Assembly: GCA_965214915.1 (NCBI GenBank)
Contig: CBDCCP010000001.1
Location: 2,130,898 to 2,194,897, forward strand
Source of the DNA: Bryobacterales bacterium
GTDB taxonomy: Bacteria; Acidobacteriota; Terriglobia; Bryobacterales; UBA6623
Direction of reading: 5' to 3'
Length of the DNA: 64,000 nucleotides
Part shown: positions 28,314-36,847 of the stretch, piece after piece
How the letters are laid out: every line of letters starts with the position of its first letter
Position numbering within the stretch: the stretch's first letter is position 1
Made by a program: the position numbers and the translations under genes
The notes under the pieces: model-generated
Seen by the model: only the letters and a program-made list of their open reading frames with translations
What the model was told of the DNA's origin: nothing
Database searches by the model: none

Positions 28314-30671
28314 GTGAGCATTCTCTATCGATACGTCTTTCGTGAAGTCGTCATCGCGTCGTCGATCGGCACGCTGCTCTTTACGCTGGCGCTCTTTCTG
28401 CAGAGCGTTGGTCCGGTAATGGCCTTGTTGGTCGGCCCGGGCGCCGCCGCCGGGGATGTCCTGCGGTTGTTCGCCTTGACGATTCCGCAGTCCTTTCCGT
28501 TTACGATTCCGATCGGCGTCCTGGTGGGGATTTTGCTCGCGCTCGGGCGTCTGTCGGCCGACAACGAGATCGTCGCGATGCGCTCAGCCGGTATTCCCGG
28601 ACTGCGCATTGTCCGGCCGGTCGGAGTTTTCGCGGTCTTGGGAATGGCCGTCTGCGCGGCCACGACGCTATGGCTCACGCCGTGGTCGCTGCGGGAGCAG
28701 GTGCGCATCGCCGAATCTTTCCGCGTGCCCTTGGCCGGCGCCGAAGTCAGGCCGCGCGTTTTCATCGAGGACTTTCCCGACCGCGTCATTCGCGTGCAAG
28801 ACGTGCTCCCCGGCGAGGGTATTCACTGGAAAGGCATCTTCCTGGCCGACATGCGCGCTCCCGAGCGCCGGGGCTCGTTCGCCGGCGTCGACGCGGCGGT
28901 CGACGGGCCGCGCATCACGCTGGCTTCGGAGGCTTTCGTCATTCCCCGGCCCGAGAACCGTATCCAGGTGCGCTTCCCGATGACGACGACCTACGAGCAG
29001 TCGTTCGATCCGAAGCAGTACCACGGTTTCCGCTCGGAGAGCACCGATCAGGTGTTGGAAGCGCGCCCGAGCCGCTTCGACCCGGGAGCGAAACGGTACG
29101 ACAAAATGGCGACGTCGGAGTTGGCCGCGGCGGCAAGGACGGAGGAAGACCCGCAAGCCGGCATTCAATTCCAGCAACGCTTGGCGCTCCCGTTGGCCTG
29201 TCTGGTATTGCCGCTGGCGGGCATACCGCTGGCCGTTTCCAGCCGCCGGTCGGGCCGCTCCGGCGGGGTCGTGACGGCGCTCGCGCTGGTTTTCATCTAT
29301 TGGATGATTCAGTTGGCCGGCACGGCGCTGGCCAAGCAGGGCGTCGTCGGCCCGGCGCTTGCGGCCTGGGCGGCCAACGCGGCGTTCGGCTTGGCCGGGC
29401 TCGTCTTGCTCGCGCGCCTCGATGCGCCCAACCGCCGAGACTGGATCGCAGTCGTGGCGTCCCGGCTGTCGGCGGCCCGCGACCGGTTTATAAAAACGCT
29501 TGCCCGACGGCGGGAGCGGAACGGCGCCCCGGCCGCCCCCAACAATAACGGCGCGGCGCCGCCCGAGTCGCTCAGCGACCCCGTTCTACGCATCGTCGAC
29601 CGCTACGTGCTGCGCAGCTTCCTGTTCCATCTGGCGGTCTTCACCGCGGCGTTCATCGCCATCTGGTTCGTCTTCAGCTTTTTCGAGCTTCTGACGGACA
29701 TGCTCGCTCGCGACAAGTTGGGCCGGTTCGTCCCCTACATCTACTACCTGACGCCGTTCCTGATCTACAACACGGCCCCGTTGGCGGTAATGGTGGCGAC
29801 GCTGATTTGTTTCGGACTGCTGGCAAAGCGCCATGAATTGACGGCATTTCGAGCCTCGGGAGTGAGTCTCTACCGGCTGGCTTCGCCGGTGCTGATTTTC
29901 GTCTTGCTGTTGGGCGGCGGCCTTTTCGCCCTCGACCACTACTACCTTCCGCAAACGAACCGCCGCCAGGACGCCATCCGCGACGAAATCAAGGGCCGCC
30001 CGGCGCGCACGTACTTGCGGCCCGACCGCCAATGGACGTTCGGCCTGCGCAATCGCATTTTCTACCACCGCGCGTTCGATTCGAACGCCGTGACGTTCTC
30101 CGGCATCAGCGTTTACGACTTGCGCGAGGAGCCCTTCGAGTTGCGGCGGCACATCGCCGCCGAACGCGCTTACTGGAGCGCCGCTCGCGGCGTCTGGGTA
30201 TTCGAGCGGGGCTGGCTGCGCGAGTTGGACGGCATCCATCCTACGCGCTTCGAACAGTTCGACAGCCGGGAATTCCCCGACATCGTAGAACCGCCCGATT
30301 ACTTCCTGAAAGAGGACCGCCACGACCAGCAAATGAACTGGCGGCAACTCCAGGCGTATATCGTCGACCTGACGCAAGGCGGCTTCGACACGATCCGGCT
30401 GCAGGTCCGCCTGCACAAGAAACTTGCCTTTCCGTTGTTCGCTTTCAGCATGGCTCTTCTGGCGGCGCCGTTCGCCATACTGACCGGCCGGCAGGGCGCC
30501 ATGACGCCCATTGCCTTCAGCCTCGGGTTGACGATCGGATACTACGCGCTGAATGCATTGGCGGAACAACTGGGCCGCAGCGGGCAGCTTACGCCGCTCA
30601 TGGCGGCTTGGGCGCCCTGCTTGATCTTCGCGCTCGGCGGCGCGTATTTGTTCCTGCGGGTGCGGACGTAG
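28314..30671 (+). CDS. fused LptF-LptG-like LPS export permease (two YjgP/YjgQ domains)
   Basis: N-terminal half starts SILYRYVFREVVIASSIGTLLF. The second half restarts RIVDRYVLRSFLFHLAVFTAAF after an Ala/Pro/Asn linker. 785 aa is about twice a normal LptF or LptG. GTG start. Confidence 0.8.
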   Translation: MSILYRYVFREVVIASSIGTLLFTLALFLQSVGPVMALLVGPGAAAGDVLRLFALTIPQSFPFTIPIGVLVGILLALGRLSADNEIVAMRSAGIPGLRIVRPVGVFAVLGMAVCAATTLWLTPWSLREQVRIAESFRVPLAGAEVRPRVFIEDFPDRVIRVQDVLPGEGIHWKGIFLADMRAPERRGSFAGVDAAVDGPRITLASEAFVIPRPENRIQVRFPMTTTYEQSFDPKQYHGFRSESTDQVLEARPSRFDPGAKRYDKMATSELAAAARTEEDPQAGIQFQQRLALPLACLVLPLAGIPLAVSSRRSGRSGGVVTALALVFIYWMIQLAGTALAKQGVVGPALAAWAANAAFGLAGLVLLARLDAPNRRDWIAVVASRLSAARDRFIKTLARRRERNGAPAAPNNNGAAPPESLSDPVLRIVDRYVLRSFLFHLAVFTAAFIAIWFVFSFFELLTDMLARDKLGRFVPYIYYLTPFLIYNTAPLAVMVATLICFGLLAKRHELTAFRASGVSLYRLASPVLIFVLLLGGGLFALDHYYLPQTNRRQDAIRDEIKGRPARTYLRPDRQWTFGLRNRIFYHRAFDSNAVTFSGISVYDLREEPFELRRHIAAERAYWSAARGVWVFERGWLRELDGIHPTRFEQFDSREFPDIVEPPDYFLKEDRHDQQMNWRQLQAYIVDLTQGGFDTIRLQVRLHKKLAFPLFAFSMALLAAPFAILTGRQGAMTPIAFSLGLTIGYYALNALAEQLGRSGQLTPLMAAWAPCLIFALGGAYLFLRVRT

Positions 30672-30679
30672 CAGCCGGC

Positions 30680-30744
30680 GGTGAAAGTCCCGTGGAAGGC
30701 GCGACGGGCTTGCTATCCACTATTCACTATCCACTGGCCGCGCC
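30680..30744 (+). repeat. dispersed ~65-nt repeat, copy A
   Basis: The core GGTGAAAGTCCCGTGGAAGGCGCGACGGGCTTGCT (30680-30714) matches copy B at 34 of 35 positions, and the tail is about 70% identical. Begins 9 nt after the lptFG stop. Confidence 0.8.
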
Positions 30745-31791
30745 GGCGGTTGTCCCGCCGCAACTCGACCCCGCCCCGGCCGTGCAGCCGTAACAATGCT
30801 GCCCGGTTACGATGCGCCGACGGGCAAGCTCGGCGGGATCGAAGTCGCGGATATGCCGGGGCGCGCCGAAGCCCGTTCCCAATTCCAGCATCTGGTTGAA
30901 ATCGCAATCGTAGAGCGACCCGTCCCAGCCTACGGAAAGCGTATTCCTACACATCACGCCGGCGGCTGCGGCCGGGTTGTAAGCCGCAATGAGCTTGTTC
31001 ATGTAGCGCTCGTAATTGCCGCTGCGAATCAGGAATTCCAGAAAACGGCTGATCGGCATGTTGGTAATGGTGTAGAGAGATTGAAAGACGATGCCGTGGC
31101 GTTTTTTCAACTCGCGCCGGAAGTCCGCCTCGATCGCTTGCTGCGGGGGAGGGAGGAACGCCCCAGTCGGGTTATAGACCAAGTTGAGAACCAAGCCGGA
31201 GCCGGGCTGCCCATAGCCCAGGCCATTCAGCTTTTGCAGCGCCTCGATTGATTTTTCGAAAATGCCGCCGCCCCGTTGGGCATCCGTCCGGTCGGCGGAG
31301 AAATACGGCAGGCTGGCGATCACCTCGACCCGGTTCCGAGCCAGGAACTCGGCAAGATCGCTCTGCGAGCGCAGAGTGAGGATGGTGAGATTGCAACGGT
31401 CCATCACAGCGCAGCCAAGGCTCCGCACCTGCTCGACGAACCAGCGAAAGTTCGGGTTGAGCTCCGGGGCGCCGCCCGTGATATCGACTTTCGGGCGGTC
31501 GAGCCGCCGGATCGCGTCGAGACACAGTTCGAACGTCTCGTGGGCCATGTTCTCTTCCGTGCGGTCGGGTCCGGCATCGACGTGGCAATGCTTGCAGGTC
31601 TGGTTGCACAGCTTGCCGACGTTGACTTGAAAGATTTCGATGCCGGTTGCCGTCAGGGGATGCAGCCCGTTTGCGGCCAAGGCGTCGTCGAACGGCCGTT
31701 GCGGGCTTTGACCGACGCCGTTGTTCAAGACGCACAGTTGCCCCTCAGCCGGAGATGGGGGCTGCCGCGCGCTGACGAGACTCGTGCCCAT
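30727..31791 (-). CDS. arsS: radical SAM/Cys-rich protein, ArsS-like (arsenosugar biosynthesis type)
   Basis: CX3CX2C cluster CNQTCKHC and C-terminal Cys-rich tail QHCYGCTAGAGSSCGG. The overall layout matches the rSAM/Cys-rich family. Confidence 0.75.
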   Translation of the reverse strand: MGTSLVSARQPPSPAEGQLCVLNNGVGQSPQRPFDDALAANGLHPLTATGIEIFQVNVGKLCNQTCKHCHVDAGPDRTEENMAHETFELCLDAIRRLDRPKVDITGGAPELNPNFRWFVEQVRSLGCAVMDRCNLTILTLRSQSDLAEFLARNRVEVIASLPYFSADRTDAQRGGGIFEKSIEALQKLNGLGYGQPGSGLVLNLVYNPTGAFLPPPQQAIEADFRRELKKRHGIVFQSLYTITNMPISRFLEFLIRSGNYERYMNKLIAAYNPAAAAGVMCRNTLSVGWDGSLYDCDFNQMLELGTGFGAPRHIRDFDPAELARRRIVTGQHCYGCTAGAGSSCGGTTAGAASG

Positions 31792-31797
31792 GACCGC

Positions 31798-32142
31798 CTA
31801 CATGCTCAATGCTTCAGCGATATTGCGCATCTGCAAGCCGTGAACCAGCGCCGCGCCGCCCTTGATGGCCGAGGCCACGTGAACCGCTTCCGTCATCTGC
31901 TCCAAATTGGATCCCTTCTCCAGGCTCTCTTGTGTGTAGGCGTCGATGCAGTAAGGGCATTGCACCGCGTGCGCGACCGCCAGCGCAATCAGGCACTTCT
32001 CGCGTTGGCTCAGAGCGCCCTCCGCGAATACCGCGCCGTACCATGCGCTGAACTTCTCCCAGAGTTCGGGAGCGTTTTTGCCCATCTCGCCGAATCGAGG
32101 CAGATCGTCCTCGCTGTAGTATCCCGACATTTGCTGCACCAT
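31798..32142 (-). CDS. AhpD/carboxymuconolactone-decarboxylase-like protein (ArsS-associated peroxidase-like type)
   Basis: CxxC core AVQCPYCIDAY. Ends 6 nt before the arsS start. The start is ambiguous between TTG 32154, ATG 32142 and ATG 32130. Confidence 0.7.
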   Translation of the reverse strand: MVQQMSGYYSEDDLPRFGEMGKNAPELWEKFSAWYGAVFAEGALSQREKCLIALAVAHAVQCPYCIDAYTQESLEKGSNLEQMTEAVHVASAIKGGAALVHGLQMRNIAEALSM

Positions 32143-32221
32143 TCTCCTTCGCAAGCACGGACGGCAAACCCGATGTTACGAAAGTTCCGGCGTCCGCCAC
32201 CCTATGTTATGCTACGCCCCA

Positions 32222-32869
32222 ATGGGGCGCTTCTTCATTCTCCCCCTTGCCGCGGCCGCCTGCCTGCAGGCGCAAATCCCCGACGGCTTTCAAGCGATCT
32301 TCAACGGGCGCAATCTCGCCGGTTGGCGCGTCAGCTTGACCAACCACCACGGCGACACGAAAGAATGGCGCGTGTTCGAAAACGCGGTGATCGGCAAACA
32401 GGACCGCGAGGGCAACGGGGGAATCCTGCTCAGCGACGAGCAGTACGGAGATTTCGAAATTTATTTGGAGATCAAACCGGATTTCGGCTGCGACGGCGGC
32501 CTGTTCTTGCGCTCGAACGACAACGGGCAGGCCTATCAGGTCATGCTGGACTATCTCGAGGGCGGCAACATGGGAGGCATCTACGGCGAGCGGCTCTCCG
32601 GCGTCCAACGCAAAGCCTCGGAAGGGTGGGAAAAAGTCTGGAAAAAGAACGACTGGAACTCGCTTCGGGCGCGCATCGTAAACGAAGCCCCCAAGATCGA
32701 GGTCTGGCTGAACGGCGTTCCGATCACCGCTTTCCAAGACACGGCGAATCGTCTTCCGGGCGGCGCGACCGAGGGGATGATCGCTTTACAAGTCCACGGC
32801 GGCAAGCGTTGCCGGCCCGGACTCGAGCACCGCTTCCGCAACATCGCCGTCAAAGAGTTGAACGAGTAA
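32222..32869 (+). CDS. DUF1080 (3-keto-disaccharide hydrolase-like) secreted protein
   Basis: FNGRNLAGWR, GILLSDEQYGDFEIYLE, GLFLRS, ALQVHGG and FRNIAVKEL blocks, with a signal peptide from ATG 32222. An alternative ATG lies at 32204. Confidence 0.75.
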   Translation: MGRFFILPLAAAACLQAQIPDGFQAIFNGRNLAGWRVSLTNHHGDTKEWRVFENAVIGKQDREGNGGILLSDEQYGDFEIYLEIKPDFGCDGGLFLRSNDNGQAYQVMLDYLEGGNMGGIYGERLSGVQRKASEGWEKVWKKNDWNSLRARIVNEAPKIEVWLNGVPITAFQDTANRLPGGATEGMIALQVHGGKRCRPGLEHRFRNIAVKELNE

Positions 32870-32935
32870 CCGCCTGCCCGCGAGCGCGGACACTTGGATT
32901 GAGACGGATTGCCGCTGCCGGCGGTCGTTCGACTG

Positions 32936-34318
32936 TCACGGGCGGCGCAGTTCCACGACGGACTCGTAAAGACCGTATCCGTTCGCCGTTTTCCCCGCGC
33001 GTACGCTGGAGTTGACGATGCTGTTTCCCACCCGCGCGCCGCGCGGGATGTGGATGCCCGCAACTTGGAGCCCGTGCGCTTCCGCGATCTTCGCCAGGAA
33101 GCGGTCCGTGGGGACGTGTACTCCTTGCAGAATGCTGTTGCCGATGACGATCAACGCCGTTGCGCCGGGCCGCAGGCGCCACTTGGCGCCCGTGACGAAC
33201 TTGACGCAGTCGTTGAAGTACAGCGCCGCATAGTTCGCCCATCCTGCCCCGCCGTAGATCCCTTTATCGGGATTCTTGCCGCGCACCTCGGCCAGCGTCC
33301 GGTGGATTTCTTCGTCGCCAATGGTCGGATCGAGCTCGACATGCTCCTGCTCCCGGGCATTCTGCCAATAGGTTCCGAAGTTCAGCGTTTCCAACCGCTT
33401 CAGATCGCCGGGGGTTTGGCACAAGCCAAGCCAATAGAGATGCGGGCGGGTATTCCGGTTGTAATGGTAGTTGTTCAAATAGGGCGGGGAGGTGACCAGC
33501 AGGTCCACGCTTCCCTCCGCCACGGCTTCGTATCCATGGAAAAAGGATTTCGAATGGATGCGCCCGTCGGGGCGCCCGCTCCCGCTCCGCTTTTTGCGGT
33601 ACCAATCCGCGTCGTCCGCCATTTGAGCGGTCTTTGCGGCCAGCGTCTCGATAACGGGATAGTCTTGGACTTCCGGGCGGCCTACGCTTGCCTTACGCCC
33701 CAGGCTGGGTTCGTAGGAGTAGTTGGAATAATCCACCATCGTTGCCGCGAAAGCAAGGCGGAACATGTCCGCAATCCGCGCATCTTCCTGCTTGTTGATG
33801 AAATCCAAGGCCAGCAGGACTTTCCGCAGCACGTGCGGACTGTAAAAGGGAGAGCGCGTGCGAAAGCCGGCCGGAGGGGCCCCGCGCGGCAGGATTCCTT
33901 CGGTAAGCGCCCTGCGCCCGAACGCCCGGAACTCGCCGACCGCAGCCCGCAGCCGGTCGAGATCCACCCTGTGCGCTTGCAGCTTGGTCTGCGAGGCGAA
34001 GGCGGCATAGGGATTGATCTCGAAGCCGATGGCTTCGTGTCCGGCAAGGTCGGCTTCGATCAAAGTGGTTCCGACGCCCGCGAATGGATCGAGAACGACG
34101 CCGGGGCCGCTTGTAAAGCGGTCCAGGGCGTCCTCTACGAAATCCTTTGAAAACCCGGCGACCCAGGGAACCCAGCGATGCACCGGAGCCCCGCGGTTAG
34201 ACATGAAGGCAGGGTCGCGAAAGATGCTTTCTCCGGCGGACGCCTCGTTTCCGGCACTTCGGTCATGGTTGCGGCCCGCAAACTTCGTCGCATGACGGCG
34301 CGGATGTTTCTCGCTCAT
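32936..34318 (-). CDS. amino-methyltransferase, N4/N6 DNA methylase-like (motif I before motif IV)
   Basis: AdoMet motif VLDPFAGVGTTLIEA, followed about 250 aa later by LLVTSPPYLNNYHY. The ORF-track entry (to 35242) is an extension through the neighbouring gene. Start is ATG 34318 or 34204. Confidence 0.75.
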   Translation of the reverse strand: MSEKHPRRHATKFAGRNHDRSAGNEASAGESIFRDPAFMSNRGAPVHRWVPWVAGFSKDFVEDALDRFTSGPGVVLDPFAGVGTTLIEADLAGHEAIGFEINPYAAFASQTKLQAHRVDLDRLRAAVGEFRAFGRRALTEGILPRGAPPAGFRTRSPFYSPHVLRKVLLALDFINKQEDARIADMFRLAFAATMVDYSNYSYEPSLGRKASVGRPEVQDYPVIETLAAKTAQMADDADWYRKKRSGSGRPDGRIHSKSFFHGYEAVAEGSVDLLVTSPPYLNNYHYNRNTRPHLYWLGLCQTPGDLKRLETLNFGTYWQNAREQEHVELDPTIGDEEIHRTLAEVRGKNPDKGIYGGAGWANYAALYFNDCVKFVTGAKWRLRPGATALIVIGNSILQGVHVPTDRFLAKIAEAHGLQVAGIHIPRGARVGNSIVNSSVRAGKTANGYGLYESVVELRRP

Positions 34319-34440
34319 GTAAAGGAAGGTTCCCGTGCAACTCCGCCGAGCATGGAATGGAATGATTCTACCCCGCCGGCGCGATACCGGCTCAACGCTG
34401 AGGCGCGCCGCGCCGCCCGCGTGATTTTTGCCGCGGGCCG

Positions 34441-35349
34441 CTAAGCGTCCGGGCCGCGGGGGAACCAGCGCCCCGCCGCCCACCAGACGAGCTCCATCGC
34501 GACCAGCCACAGGCGCATGGCGACGGCAAGCGTCAGCCCGGTTCCGGCCGCGAACGCGCGGCCGAGCAGCAGCCCCAGAACTCCCTCGCGGATGCCCATC
34601 CCCGCCGGCGCGACCATCGTCAACAGCGCGGTCAGCCAAGCCAGCGCATAGCTGCCGGCGATGAAAGCAAACGAAGCGCCGGCGGCCGGCAGCAGGGAAC
34701 GGGCGAAGAAGGCCATCGCCGCCGTCAACCCGACCCAGGCGGCGAGATACATCGCCCATACCCCGAACAACTTCGCCGCGCCGATGCGCAGGGGCGTATA
34801 AGGCTGCTTCAGCAGCCGCGACAGGAATCCGGCCCAGGCGTTCAACACCCGCGGATGAACGACGGCGAACGACAGCAACGGGAAGGCCAGCAAGACACCG
34901 CGCTGGTATTCTCCAAGCTGCGGCAGCGCCGCGGCGATCGCCCAGACCGCCGGAACCATCGAGGCCAGCGCGGCCAGCGTCATATCCACCAGCGTCGCGG
35001 CCAGGCAGGCCGAGGGCTCCACCCCGTAGCGGCGGGTCAGATAGATGCGGCTGGCGAACTGCCAAACGCCCCCCGGCACGTAACGGCTTAACTCCGACTT
35101 GCGGTAAACACGGTAAATTTCGCCGAACGGAATGGAGTGTCCGAAACAGTCGATCACGACCATCCAGCCCAATGGACGCGCCAGAAACCATCCCGCAGCC
35201 AGCACGAACGACAAGACCCAATAACCGGCCTCGAACTGCCACGGCTCGCTGCGCACCTGCAGCCAGTTGCCGTAAATCAAGCGTCCGATGAAGAACGCGA
35301 CGATGAGCGGAACGGCCAGCTTGACGGCGGCGCCGAGCCGTTTATTCAC
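34441..35349 (-). CDS. UPF0104 / lysyl-phosphatidylglycerol-synthase-TM-like (flippase-like) membrane protein
   Basis: YRKSELSRYVPGGVWQFASRIYL signature and about 8 TM helices. GTG 35349 overlaps the GT2 stop (GTGAATAA), which suggests translational coupling. Confidence 0.7.
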   Translation of the reverse strand: MNKRLGAAVKLAVPLIVAFFIGRLIYGNWLQVRSEPWQFEAGYWVLSFVLAAGWFLARPLGWMVVIDCFGHSIPFGEIYRVYRKSELSRYVPGGVWQFASRIYLTRRYGVEPSACLAATLVDMTLAALASMVPAVWAIAAALPQLGEYQRGVLLAFPLLSFAVVHPRVLNAWAGFLSRLLKQPYTPLRIGAAKLFGVWAMYLAAWVGLTAAMAFFARSLLPAAGASFAFIAGSYALAWLTALLTMVAPAGMGIREGVLGLLLGRAFAAGTGLTLAVAMRLWLVAMELVWWAAGRWFPRGPDA

Positions 35350-36256
35350 GGGTTTCCTCGATGTCGAAGCGCGGCGCGGCCCGCTCCCGCGGCGCATTGG
35401 CGACCGCAATTTCCGCGGCCCAGCCGGCGGCGAAGAGAACGACGGCGCTCAGCGCGAAGAAAAGGGCCAATCCGCCGAGAGGCGTCATTCGCGGGAAAGC
35501 AATCCAACCGGCGGCCGGCCCCAGGGCGGCCAGTGCGCAGCCCAGAGCGGCGAAGCCGAAGGCATGCGCCGGCCGGTCTGCGAAGCGCGTCACGAGCAAC
35601 ACGGTGATCAGGTCGAAAAAGCCCTTGAAAAGCCGGCTGAAGCCGTATTTCGATCGCCCGTGCCGGCGGGCGCGGTGGCGCACCTCGATCTCGCCGACGC
35701 GGTACCCTTGCCAAGCAGCGAGCGCCGGAATGAAGCGGTGCAACTCACCGTAGATGCGCAAGCTGCGCGCCAACTCCCCGCGGTAGCACTTGAAGCCGCA
35801 ATTCATGTCGTGCAGGTTCACCCGCGTCAAGCTGCGCGCGCAGACGTTGAAAAGGCGCGAGGCGACGACTTTGCTGCGCGGGTCGCGGCGCTTCTTTTTC
35901 CAGCCGGAAACCAGATCGAAGCCCTCGTTCAGCTTAGCCAGGAACCGCGGAATCTCGCCGGGGTCGTCTTGCAGGTCGCCGTCCATCGTGAACACGACCT
36001 CGCCGCGGGTCCGCGCAAAACCGGCCATCAGAGCGGCGGCCTTGCCGAAATTGGCGCGCAGCTTGACCAGCCGGACGCGGCCCGGCCGATGCAGCTTTTC
36101 GAGTTCCTGCCAAGTTGCGTCGGCGCTGCCGTCATCGACGAAGACAATCTCGTCGTCGGGTCCGAGAACTTCCATCAGCAGGCGCGCGAGCTCGGCGACG
36201 TCGTCCTGCTCGTTATGGACGGGCACGACGACCGAAATTTCAGGTTTTGCGGCCAT
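35342..36256 (-). CDS. family-2 glycosyltransferase (polyprenol-phosphate sugar transferase-like) with C-terminal TM helices
   Basis: ISVVVPVHNEQDDV, VFVDDGSAD and FTMDGDLQDDP motifs. ATG 36256 (MAAKPE...). Confidence 0.85.
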   Translation of the reverse strand: MAAKPEISVVVPVHNEQDDVAELARLLMEVLGPDDEIVFVDDGSADATWQELEKLHRPGRVRLVKLRANFGKAAALMAGFARTRGEVVFTMDGDLQDDPGEIPRFLAKLNEGFDLVSGWKKKRRDPRSKVVASRLFNVCARSLTRVNLHDMNCGFKCYRGELARSLRIYGELHRFIPALAAWQGYRVGEIEVRHRARRHGRSKYGFSRLFKGFFDLITVLLVTRFADRPAHAFGFAALGCALAALGPAAGWIAFPRMTPLGGLALFFALSAVVLFAAGWAAEIAVANAPRERAAPRFDIEETRE

Positions 36257-36338
36257 ACGCGGCGAAACGCCGATGATAGCGAGACCGCTGCCCGCGGGCA
36301 ACTGCCGCGCTTGACAAGCGCCCCGGCGGAGCGTCAGG

Positions 36339-36803
36339 GTGAAGAAAGCCATGAACCTCAAACGCATCTCGCCCGAAGAAGCCAAGGAATTGCTCGACTC
36401 CGACAAGGAGTACGTTTATCTCGACGTGCGCTCGATTCCGGAGTTCGAAGCCGGCCATGCTCCGGGCGCCAAGAACATCCCGCTGCTGCACCGCACGCCG
36501 GCGGGCATGCAGCCCAACGGAGACTTCGTCAGCGTTTGCGAGAAAGCCCTGGGGAAAGACGCCAAGATCATTACCGCCTGCCTCAAAGGCGGCCGCTCGA
36601 TGAAGGCGGCTCAAATCCTGACGGCGAACGGGTTTTCCAATGTCGTCGATATGCGCGGCGGTTTCATGGGCGAACCCGACCCTTGGGGCGGCATCGCCTA
36701 CCCGGGGTGGCGGCCCCGCGGCCTGCCCGTCACGACGGAAGCCGCGCAGGACGAGACTTACGAGGGCCTGTCGCAAGCGGACGGGCCGCCCCGCTGCGCT
36801 TGA
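36339..36803 (+). CDS. rhodanese-domain sulfurtransferase
   Basis: YLDVRSIPEFEAGHAPGAKNIP and active-site loop CLKGGRS. ATG 36351 is an alternative to GTG 36339. Confidence 0.8.
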   Translation: MKKAMNLKRISPEEAKELLDSDKEYVYLDVRSIPEFEAGHAPGAKNIPLLHRTPAGMQPNGDFVSVCEKALGKDAKIITACLKGGRSMKAAQILTANGFSNVVDMRGGFMGEPDPWGGIAYPGWRPRGLPVTTEAAQDETYEGLSQADGPPRCA

Positions 36804-36847
36804 CCGCCTGCGCCAAGAGCGCGTCCGGCGCGCGAGCGGCGCAGCAT

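Noticed and set aside
28139-28321. 61-codon upstream extension of the DASS permease ORF
   Set aside because: It is read straight through a well-folding tRNA-Glu gene on the same strand.
30680-30714. Possible cobalamin or FMN riboswitch, because of the GGTGAAAGTCC string, and possible RNase P CR-I similarity (GAAAGUCC)
   Set aside because: The other obligatory conserved blocks (the B12 box and CCCGCCACUG context, or the FMN AGCCCGCGA pairing partners) are absent. Both copies also sit downstream, not upstream, of genes. A covariance-model scan is still needed to be certain.
34319-35242. 308-codon upstream extension of the methyltransferase ORF (768-aa form)
   Set aside because: It overlaps, out of frame, the UPF0104 membrane-protein gene, which has clear family signatures. 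The extension is Arg/Gly-rich noise.
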